Shown here in pieces: positions 23,249-33,590 of a stretch of DNA of 64,000 nucleotides. The notes under the pieces were generated by a model that worked only from the letters and a program-made list of their open reading frames with translations, was not told the origin of the DNA and did not search any database. The stretch lies in the sequence record MH494197.1. One strand, written 5' to 3'. Each line of letters starts with the position of its first letter. Within the stretch, counting starts at the first letter, position 1. A program made the position numbers and the translations under genes.

Positions 23249-23424
23249 AAATCTCTCCTTAGAGTTATTCTATGGTATTTAGTTAATAATAAAGGTAACT
23301 TCAGGATTCATTTCTGAAACTGCATTTCTCTTACTTCTATTCCATAGTACTCTATTGTTATATAATGAAGAATCACAAATTATAAGTAAGCAATTCCTTA
23401 ATCTACTTACAGTACTTTGATTAC

Positions 23425-23706
23425 TTAAATCAGTTTCTGTAACAAAAATACATTATCAGGAACTTCTACAGGAATTGATTTATCAAAGAAGAAAACTACA
23501 ATAGGTCTGTTTGTATGAACTAAATTAATAAAGTCTAAAATACTGTTATAAAATTCAGTTCCTTTGTTTAAACTTAATGGATCTTTGATTCTCTTCAAAT
23601 AGGTCTGAACCAAATTATGATCGCTTTTGATTTGATACTCAAAATATTCTTTGAATAACATTTGTGTTAATTCAGATGTATTGGATATTTTCGTTGTGTT
23701 ACTCAT
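23425..23706 (-). CDS. Hypothetical protein
   Basis: Intact 93-aa ORF. Confidence 0.5.
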   Translation of the reverse strand: MSNTTKISNTSELTQMLFKEYFEYQIKSDHNLVQTYLKRIKDPLSLNKGTEFYNSILDFINLVHTNRPIVVFFFDKSIPVEVPDNVFLLQKLI

Positions 23707-23843
23707 TCACTTCGTTCTCTCGTAACTCAAGAAGTCACTACGTTTACTTCGTAAACTAGTTCCTTCTGAAAATGATAATGTACTTTAAAAGCTTGACGGG
23801 ATTTGTTGAGGACTATTTCATCCCGCAGGAATGAAGGTAATAA

Positions 23844-24352
23844 AAAGAGACAATTAAGTCTCTCTTGACGATGATGGCATCGGATATTATCGAATTGAAT
23901 TTCTCAAATTTTGGACGGATCTTTCCTGTACCAAAATTTAGAGAGCGAAAGCGGGTTGCTCGGTTTCTCTCTATCGCAGTCATATGCAACGGTCGCTGGT
24001 CTTTTCATCAACAGCACTCAGTACTAAACTCTATTCGATCAAAGTAGTACCTGTTCTCAAATTTTGGACGCAACTTTCTTGTAAAATCGCGTCCACAATC
24101 CTTGAACTCCCTTAGCAAATTCGTAAGGTGCGAACCTTATACATCTATCTAGGAACTCTCTGTGTGCTTATTGGAGTTCTTTATACAGCCGTGTCGCCGT
24201 GATTCGTGGTCTTATCTCGTGTTTGTTTGATTGCCAGTACTCTAACAGGTTTCTTTTGCTGTTCGCTACAACGGTAAAGCTCATCTATCCTTTACATTTT
24301 CAAGAGAAGTAGGTTCTCATTATCCATTTTTCAATGTCCGTTGTCATTTTAC
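23844..24352 (-). ncRNA. Candidate large structured non-coding RNA (about 500 nt)
   Basis: No credible ORF; promoter at 24360-24387, terminator-like hairpin at 23844-23866, at least eight local stems; GC visibly above flanking genes. Confidence 0.55.
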
Positions 24353-24359
24353 AATATAC

Positions 24360-24387
24360 ATTATATCACTAGGATGTATTATGTCCC
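24360..24387 (-). promoter_or_regulatory. Sigma70-like promoter GGGACA-N16-TATAAT with extended -10
   Basis: Same architecture at 44536-44563, 49888-49915 and 53398-53425. Confidence 0.6.
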
Positions 24388-24784
24388 GTTACATGTATAC
24401 CTTTTTCAAATCCTTGGAACAACGGTCAAAATTGTGTTGATGAATTCGACATCCTCTTTGATATTGGAGTCTATAGCATCATTCTCGTTTCTTGTTGTGT
24501 TCCTGTATTTGTGTTCAGGGTGATTGTATACCACCTTGACTACATTATTTAGGTCTACAAAAATGACGATTTTTGCGTATAGGAAGCCTGAAGCTTGATG
24601 AGTTTACCATCGTTTTGTAGATTAGTCTTGTGAATTAGTTCTTCAATACCATCTAAATGGCTATAGCTATCCTGTTCTTTGACGAATGTAACAGTTACCA
24701 GTACTGACTTCTCATCTCCAAAGTCAGAGATATTTTTAACAGCACTGATGATTTCTAAGTTTGAAAAATCTAATTCTTTTAGCA

Positions 24785-25140
24785 TTACAAATATTTCCAC
24801 AAAGTTCGATAAGTGATAATTTCTTCTCTGGTAACAGAAACTTCATAGCACTTAACACCATCAGTTTCATTTCTGAATGGTTCTGCTGGTCTATCTTCTG
24901 TTAAACCTCGTTCATACGTACAATGATAATATTTGTTCGTGTTCATGTCAAGAAAAACTAGATCAAATTCTTCTGTCCATCGTCTATGCCCTTTACTTTC
25001 ATTACTAATGATTTTGTACTTAACATCGGGATTGAATGATTCAGTACTGTCATCCCATGTACCATAGTCAGTATATTCATCATCTTCATCTAACTCTGCC
25101 AGATGCCACATTAACTGTGGTAAAAGATTTTAGATTTCAT
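24785..25140 (-). CDS. Hypothetical protein
   Basis: ORF 24785..25111 plus a frameshifted start near 25140. Confidence 0.5.
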
Positions 25141-25202
25141 TTATTTTCTCCAAAAATAGGGACTCGATTTCTCAAGTCCCTATCATAACATATTAATTGT
25201 GA

Positions 25203-25800
25203 TTATTCAATTTCTTTTGTTCTTTTTAGAGCTTTCATATGTCGTCCAAAATCACGAACATGCCATATATGGTCGGTTTCCCATAGTTCTGTACGTAAAC
25301 GGCGTTCTTCCAATTCTTCTGGAGTAGGAATTTTAGATTTCTTCTTATCTTTATTGAAAAAATCATTCATATGTTCTTCCAGTAGATTTCTACCCTTAAC
25401 TTTTTCCGGAATTCATCTACTGATTCAGTTTTATTAGAACGAAGACTGTTACAACGTGAACACATGGTGTTGTAATTTGACTCTAAATCAGGTCCACCCT
25501 TAGATGCTAGTTGGTTATGATCTACTGTCATCAGTACTTCATATAGACCACAAACTGCATAGACATTTAAGTGAGGTTTACCATATACCGGATCAGTGCT
25601 ATGTGAACGCTCAATGCGAACTTCAGTGGCTTCAATACCACACGCAACGCATTTACAATTCTTAACGAATGTAAGTACTTTTGTGGGAAGTATCGGAAAG
25701 TAACACCGTTATATGTATAGCGTTTCATCTGTGTACTTCTTTGATTTAACTCATCAAGAAGTGATAGTTTGGCAACATAGTAGACCTGATATTTTGACAT
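25203..25800 (-). CDS. HNH endonuclease-family protein; frameshifted
   Basis: CKCVACGIE, KPHLNVY, LMTVDH...SKGGPDLESNYNTMCSRCNSLRSN read across frames. Confidence 0.7.
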
Positions 25801-25802
25801 TT

Positions 25803-26117
25803 TTAATCCTCGGATTTAATTTTAACCTTAACATCTTGATTTTGTAAATCACGAATAGTTTTAATTAATGCATCATGTTTTAGTGCACAGTCATTGTACA
25901 TTGCATCCCATTTTACGAGTACTGCAAGAATTTCAGCACCATCATATCCTCTGAACCCGTTTTTATCGACCATGATTTTACTTGGTAGTGGTGTATTTTC
26001 GTCACAACGTTCAAGTAAGATTTCTTGTTCTACAATTGGTTTAGGTTGATACTTAATTTCTTCAGCACAACCACTAATTAATAGAAAAGAAATTGCAAAT
26101 ACTAAAGCGTATTTCAT
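25803..26117 (-). CDS. Outer-membrane spanin (o-spanin, lipoprotein)
   Basis: Lipobox LISG-C; ERCDENTPLP...W..MYNDCALKHDALI; overlaps the upstream i-spanin stop. Confidence 0.75.
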   Translation of the reverse strand: MKYALVFAISFLLISGCAEEIKYQPKPIVEQEILLERCDENTPLPSKIMVDKNGFRGYDGAEILAVLVKWDAMYNDCALKHDALIKTIRDLQNQDVKVKIKSED

Positions 26118-26485
26118 TTGAATTTATTCCTCGCTGCAAGGGAATTCTGTTTAAGTTCATTCAGAAGTTTAACGCCATCTTCATCTAGACATACGTTTTT
26201 GTAAACTTCTCTTTCTACTATAATAGGCACTTGTGTCTCGATAACTTTAGCATTATCTTGCATTATCTTTTGGTTTCTATATAGTTTTTGCATTTTCTTG
26301 CTGCATCTTAGCGAGTGCAGAATCAACTTTCTTTTCTATTTTTGGTCAATACTTTCTTTATAACCAGTATAATAAGTATTTGCTGACCATCCACCGTAAA
26401 CACAACCTGCCATTACTCCTACTACCAAAATTGGTTTCCAATATGGTATTAAAACTTTTGAAACAATAATTTCTAGTACACTCAT
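26114..26485 (-). CDS. Inner-membrane spanin (i-spanin); frameshifted
   Basis: N-terminal TM segment, coiled coil, IVEREVYKNVCLDEDGVKLLN; TAAATA upstream at 26513. Confidence 0.7.
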
Positions 26486-26525
26486 AATAACATCTCCTAT
26501 AGTTGGTAATATTATTTAGAGTGTA

Positions 26526-26954
26526 CTATATTATATGTTTACAACATTTTTGAATATGATCTACGAGTTTATACAGTTTAGTGTTTTCATTCTCGTATTC
26601 CAAATCAACTTCAACTTTGAATTCTTCTTCAAGTTCCATGATCATTTCAATCCAGTCAAGCCAATCGAATTTAAATTTTTCCACGACTTCACATTTAGTA
26701 AGATGGAAGTTCATTGATACATCTTTTTCGGATGCATTTTTGTCGCGACTTGTAATGAATTTGACAATTGCTTTTTCAACGTCAGTTAGTTCACGTGTGC
26801 GATATTCTGGTTCAAGATACCATTCGCCATTATTGATAGCTTCCAACGAAAGTCTAAGTTCATGCATTAGTTTATAACGATCAGTACTTTTATGGATGCG
26901 GTTAACTTCGCGATTCAGTACACGTAGTGCGTCTTTGATTTGTTCGTTTAGCAT
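26526..26954 (-). CDS. Protein with a C-terminal acyl-carrier-protein-like domain lacking the phosphopantetheine Ser
   Basis: FDWLDWIEMIMELEEEFKVEVD...LVDHIQ versus E. coli ACP [22 protein letters not shown]...AIDYIN; own SD GAGGA before MLNEQ. Confidence 0.65.
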   Translation of the reverse strand: MLNEQIKDALRVLNREVNRIHKSTDRYKLMHELRLSLEAINNGEWYLEPEYRTRELTDVEKAIVKFITSRDKNASEKDVSMNFHLTKCEVVEKFKFDWLDWIEMIMELEEEFKVEVDLEYENENTKLYKLVDHIQKCCKHII

Positions 26955-26964
26955 AACAATCCTC

Positions 26965-28198
26965 TTATTTTTTCTGTACCATTGCATTTCACGGATATCT
27001 AATAGTACCTTCGTAGCCAACTTTATGTTTGGTCGCTTCGGTAGATGGGTCTTATGATACGCCACATTTCGGATGTAGTCAACCTTTTCGTTGAAATAAT
27101 CCATAACTTCTTGATACAACCACTTCCCGTTACGAATGTCCATCAACATAGCAGCATCCGGTCGGTGAACTTGGATGATGCCAGTTTCAAGTGCTTCCTG
27201 TGCTGTATTCAGCAGCCTGATTGTATGCATAGCATGTTTGCAGTCATAACCGTGGTGTGATTCAAGAATAGCACGTTTGGCATTACGATTCTGCTTCCAT
27301 TTGTGATAACTCTTACGGTTCTCACTATTTTCTTTGTATTCCTTTTCATTGAATTTTACAATGAGTTCAGGACGAACTTTCAATTCTTCTGTAGTACGTT
27401 CTTTGTTGAAGTAACGTAGTGAACCATCAGCATTCACTGTACTTTCATTCGGGTTGATAATTACCCCAAAGATGTTTTCACCGTAATGGATTAGTTCATA
27501 TCCAGAATTGTAATTCAATAAATTGAAATCACGATCTAATACTTTATCAGTACTATAATTATGTACTAAACGTACAAAATGATATTGTTTCAATGCTTGT
27601 GTTGAAACTAATTGTAATGAAGTATCACGCATGTATTTTTCAAAATCAATTTTTGTAGCATTGAATGGGTGAAGATTGGATTTATTCAAACGGTCAACCA
27701 AATACTGCGGGAATGTATCATACATCCATGAAAGTACTTCGTCAACTGGATGTTCTTCTAAAATTTCATTTAGTTTACGTTCAGCAATTCGTTCCTTATC
27801 GAGCCAGCCGTGGTGATTAGACATACGCTTAACCTGATTGTATGCATATCCACTGTATGAGTGTGCAATCTTTGAACTCAATAATTGCTGATTGAATGAG
27901 CGTAGATAGTCATAGATTTCAGTACTTTCTACGATGTGTTCCGGTTTAACCCATAGTGATTCAAGAATGTTTGGGTTAGCTTCAGTATACAGACTTAAGT
28001 ACTGATTGATTTCATAAAATTTAGTATCTTCTTCAGAAGTATCTGAAACTTCCTTAACATTAAAAAAGGAGTTAGGATATATTCTTTGTTTGCAAGGAAG
28101 ATACCACGATAATCTGTATCACTTTCTGGTGTGCTTGTATACGCCTGTGAACCAGCTAAGTGTTTCACAATAGTTTGTTCTAGAAAATTGTTTTTCAT
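26965..28198 (-). CDS. Pol-beta-superfamily nucleotidyltransferase (RlaP/Nuc-transf type); frameshifted
   Basis: LAGSQAY.TSTPESDTDYRGIF, NPNILESLW, SYSGYAYNQ, GYDCKHAMHTIRLL. Confidence 0.85.
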
Positions 28199-29953
28199 AA
28201 GTAAATCGTTAACTCCTTTAGAAAACCATTATAGTATCGTTTAAAATCATGATCCAGTACTTGATAGTCATTGTAACTAAATCCAAGATTGATGATGGTA
28301 TCTTCTTGGAAGAATTTCTCTTCATTCATTACTTCGATGGGTTCGTATTCTTTCCCACCTTTATATACTTTAGTAAAGAACATACCATCATTGTTAATTT
28401 CAACGTACATGAAATTATTTTCTGGATCTCGTGGACACACAATGTTTAGTGAACTTGTCCCATTGTTATTATATTCGTATGAAATAATATCAAAAGAATC
28501 GATACCATAACATTTGGACTTTTCTTTGTCACCAAAGACTTTTCTATCTGTACTCATATTGCGTATAGTACTGTAGATATCATCGATTGTAGTCATAATT
28601 AACCACCGTACTTTGACTTATATGTTTCTAAAGATAAAGAAATGCGATTTTGCTTTTAATTCTTTCATCAATATCCTTTGAATTCTTAACACTTCTGTAT
28701 ACATCAGCTAATAAATTATAATCTTCTTTATTTGAGCTATGTAATGCCCAACCTATATCTGTTTTGATTCGAACATATGCTTTATTTGATGTGAAATAAA
28801 AATTGAATCCGTTAGACCCATCAAAAATATCATAAGTATTTACCCAATCTCCATAAGGAAAACTCATTGGTACTGACTCATAATCAATGGTGATATCCGA
28901 TAAATTTTAGAACAGTACTTTACAAAGTGGTAAACAATCGGATCACATTTTGATAATTCGTATTTGTATTCAATGATAGTTTTTCTATTAGTATCATTGA
29001 TGGCATATTCTTTTATCAATGGACTTTTTGATGATAAGAGTCCATAGAAACGATTCTAATCCAGTTTCATCAACTTTTTCTTTCTTTTGAAAAATGAAAT
29101 CATTTATATAAACCCTTAATTTTTGTCTATTATGTATATCATTTTGCTGAATTTTCAAATTAGTAAGATTGTGTCTTACACCTTCAACGCCACGCATTAT
29201 TTGTAACATAATTAGTGATTCGTCATATGTTAGAACATTGCTATTATTATCGATATATACTTTCACTCCACTTTCAAGATAATCATTTTCTTTGGAGTTA
29301 AAGTTTCTAATAGCAAACTTAACGCCATTTGTTGCATCACTGAATACATATCGTTCCGCACCGTAGAATGTTTTTCCACGAAATAAACCGCCTTCTTCAA
29401 ACTTCCAACGACTGGATTCATAATCATTAACGTAATCAATGATTAATGGTAGCAAAGGGTGTTTGCTCAATTTATATTTTGCTTCTAACAGAACACGACG
29501 ATCTTGATCTGTATTGATGATATCTTTAAGTGTGAAACTTTTGATATAATTTTAAAGATAATTTCATGCCAAATTAAAGTACTGTTTTGTTTTCCAACTG
29601 GGCCAAAAACATATTCATTCCTCATTAGTATAAATCAGTAATGTCTTTGTATGCATTAATCTGTTTTGTTGTAATGAAAGTTCATTGAGTTTAGTTACCA
29701 TTTTATCTACACCAACACGTATATAGAAAATAATAAATGAATCTAACTTGCCTAGAGTAATTCTTGAACTGTAAGTTGAAAGTTTTCTTGCATAAACATA
29801 AATTTCTTCTTCACTTGGTAAACGTTTCTCAATCAGCAAGTTTTCCACACCATTCGGCTCATAATCAATTTCGAACTCTACGCCTATCACAGTATCTTGA
29901 ATGATATCAGTATATGAACCACCGAAAAATACTCTCTTGGTTTGGCTCTCCAA
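28195..29953 (-). CDS. Run of hypothetical proteins (28195..28596, 28628..~28990, 28994..~29570, 29615..30189)
   Basis: Contiguous minus-strand ORFs, several frameshifted; no recognisable motifs. Confidence 0.45.
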
Positions 29954-30257
29954 CGAGGACTAAATGGGTCAGATGCGTATTCTTTAACAAATTTGTAAAA
30001 GGACATTTTACTGAGCATATATTTCATCTCAATTAGTGCTTTGCGGTCATCATCAGTTTTAAACTCTGCTTTGAGCGATGGACTTTTACACAGTAACTTA
30101 ACTAAATTGTTGTACATCTTTAATGTACGTTGGTCTTTCATTTCTTGGATTTTGTGACGCTTTGGTGGTGGTAGTAAAGATTTGACCATAATTTCCTCCT
30201 GTATTTTCTAGCATTATACACATAAAGAAAAGCCCGTCAATAGACGAGCTTAAAATT

Positions 30258-32977
30258 TTAATGCCAACGTGTACCAGAGCTTGAAGGAACACCAGAACTT
30301 GCAGGGATAGCAGAACCACGCTTGGTTGTACTAGGTCTGTATGTCAAGAATCGTGTTACCTTTTCCGTATCAATTGACGTGATACTCGTACTTCCAGTAA
30401 CAATATCACCAACGTATACGTTTGTCAATGTCTCATCAAGAAGAGTTGTACTGATAACGTATGCCGCTTTTCTTGTGTTACGGTTCATTTGAATGTAAAG
30501 ATAAAAAGTACTGTTAGCTGGGTTAGTTTTAATAGTACTTAATTCTATGGTTTGAATCGCTAATCTATCAAACATACCACCAAGGAATACCGGAACTTCA
30601 CGGGTGAAGTACACCGTGAAACCTTCAGCAACATCTTGTGAAACTACTACGATTTTATCTTGTACAGTTCCTGAACCATCAATCAACCCATCCATCTGTG
30701 CTGATGTTGTCCCAAAGAGACTAAACACTGCTTTAGTTTGATAATCTGAATCTTGAAGATGATAGTATCCAAATCCAACACCGGTATAACTCCGTGCTGG
30801 AATGCATTGCCATTATCTATGTAGCTGGATGACATAAATCGGTTAGATGTAATCAAACCATTCACTGTTTTAGCAATCATCAATTTGAATTGAGCATTAC
30901 GGTTGTGAAAACTGATGAACTGCATCAACCCCAATATAACCAAATCCAGAATACTTTGCAACAGTTAGACCAGTACAGCGTTTCATATAGGCTTCAGTTA
31001 CAATACCTGTTACAGAATTAAGTGTTTCGTATCTAGAACTCACCATAGTCGCAGAACTAATATTGGTTCCTGAAATGGTAACATCAACTTCAGAATATAT
31101 TGCATAACCTTGGTTATTGCCTAAGTTATATGCAGAAACCACCGCAATAGATTTTGAGAAAGAACTATCTGGTACATAATATAAAGCAATTTTACCAGTA
31201 AATGCTCCTACTATTCCAATATTAGCAAGTATTTCTTGTTTTAATGTTTCCAGAACATTATCACCAATTGTATAAGAACCATCAAATTCTAAAGTATCTG
31301 GGTTAAACAAACCACCACTTGTTTTGTATACACCTTCAATGAATGATGTCCCATAGCATTTAACTGAACCGTCAGTGTCAATTAATGAAATCATACCTGT
31401 ATATTTGTAGTTGTCGCCGAGGCGAATTCGGTTGGCTTGTGGTGCAAAACCATTAAGTGTTGTATTGTTTTGTACTGAATTGAACTGGAAGGTTGGTTCA
31501 GTACCAATTTCAGAAAATACTGTATTGTTATAGCCATATGACTCATCTTCATATGTTCCAGAACATGCTAACAGTACTTTACGTTTATCAATAAAACGTG
31601 TTCCTAAAAGGTTTTCACCTACTGCACTACCATATGTTGGTGCAACGTTTACAAATTTGGAATTGTTCGCTTTACGAGTACTGGCAACCCAACTATCATA
31701 TGGTGTTCCTGTTACGTTATAAACCTGAATACCATAGGTTTCAGATGAACTCCAACGAGCACGTGTGCTGAATACTAAACCGTCATAGGTTTGGCATATA
31801 GAACCAACGTTACCTAATTGTGGAACACCTAACTGTGTACCCATGAAGTTATTCATCTCAATGGCAAATGGGTTTGTTAATGTGAATCCATCAACATCAT
31901 TATATTCCGCTGCTATTGGTGCTCTACTACTTCCATCAATTGATAATGATTTAGAGTTGATAGTATAAACAAAACTAAAACCACTAGCATAAACAGTACT
32001 AATATATAGATTTGATACTAAACGGTTAGTTGGGAATAATGTAATTCTAATCTTTGATAAATCTGGACTTACGTTTGCTTGTATATTATAATCTGTATAA
32101 TCTGAATATTCAACTCGTGTAACTGGTGAAGTGCATTCAAATAATGAATCATTACTAGTTCCAACTGAATATAATCTTTCATAAATTTTCAAATTATTAG
32201 CACTTGTGTAGTTAACACTTCTTAAGGTTTGACCAGAAAACCAGTAACCTTAGCAAAAGTACTCATAGTACCATCTTTAATACTACTTGTATTAACAGTA
32301 TATAATGTTAAAGCCAAACCATAGTTTGCTATAGTAGTGTCTTTGCACCACACAAATACTTTATCATTGACGATATGTGCATATAATGGTTTATCTGTAC
32401 CAAATGATGTAGCAGCGATAGAAGCGTGAATATGTGCAACTTCGTTAAATGTACCATTTGTTAAAGTGAAAATATAATTACTTGCACTAGATAGGCTAAC
32501 TAGTAATTCATAACCATTCGTTCCGATAAACTGTTTAACATTTTCAGTACTTGGAAGAATTCTAGGATGATATTTTGATGTAGTACTGATAACACTACTT
32601 TGTGTTAGTGCATCAATATTACGCAAATCACGAATGAATGCATAGTAATATCCTTCAGTACTACCATTTGTACCAGCACGTAATACCACACCAGTACCAT
32701 CATCTTCGACTATTGTTGGTTGCATACGGTATACATCTGAAAGCGACGTTGCCTTCGTATGAACCATTAACGTTTAATGGTAGATAATCCATTTCTATAC
32801 GGGAGATTGGTAACATATCAAGTATTTTTGAACTTCTGATCTTTTATAAATTGGATAGTCAACAATACCTGTATTTGCGTCTGGTGCTGTACCATTAAAA
32901 GTACGCATAGCGTACTTTCCACCAATTGCCAAATTTCCAAGTATAGCAGCACTACCAATGATGCGTTTGGATGACAT
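30258..32977 (-). CDS. Large virion tail or baseplate fibre-like protein A (about 900 aa); multiply frameshifted
   Basis: Pieces 32795..32977, 32222..32767, 30897..32192 and 30258..30728 read as one protein; N-terminal TFNGTAPDANTG motif; paralogous to 33591..36280. Confidence 0.65.
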
Positions 32978-32992
32978 ATTCTTTTCCTTTAA

Positions 32993-33578
32993 TTACCAGC
33001 CTAATGTACCAGTTTGTGTTGGATTTCCAGTACTGACTGGGAAAGATGAACCTTTTGTGTTGTACTTGGTCTGTATGTATTGAATCGTGATACGCGTTCA
33101 ATGTTGATAGCAGTAATACCAGAAGTTCCAACGGTAATAGTCCCGATGAACATTATAATCTGTGATTCTTGTAATTGTGAAGTTGAGATTCTATAAATTG
33201 GCTCACCCAGTACTAAAGTAGCGTATACATATTGTGTTTGTGTGCCTGATGCCACTGTTGGTGCTGTCACTGCAACAACAGGGTAATTATAAAGATAGCC
33301 ACCGATGAATGCAGGTATCTCTCGGTTAAAACGTAATGAATAACCGCTTGATGTAATTGACAAACTAGATACATCATAAAGTTCACCATATTGTGATAAT
33401 GGTAAACCGTTAACAATAGAATCAACTTCATCTTTTGTTAAGAGGGGAATGTACATTCCCCATTTGCGTCTGTTCGATACGATACGTCATTAATATCACT
33501 AATAGATAGTCCAGTGTTTTTATTCTGGACTACGATTTGTGACATAGCTTCGATATCGGATCTTATAATATATGCCAT
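32993..33578 (-). CDS. Short paralog sharing the N- and C-terminal domains of the large tail proteins
   Basis: DANGNV, LPLSQYG, FNREIPAFIGG, RVSRFNTYRPSTTQKGSSFPVSTGNPTQTGTLGW. Confidence 0.6.
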
Positions 33579-33590
33579 AAGATTAATCCT

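Noticed and set aside
23844-24352. CRISPR mini-array, tRNA, tmRNA or group I intron
   Set aside because: Only two repeat copies about 150 nt apart with no regular spacers; no cloverleaf or T-loop consensus, no tmRNA ends, and no interrupted host gene.
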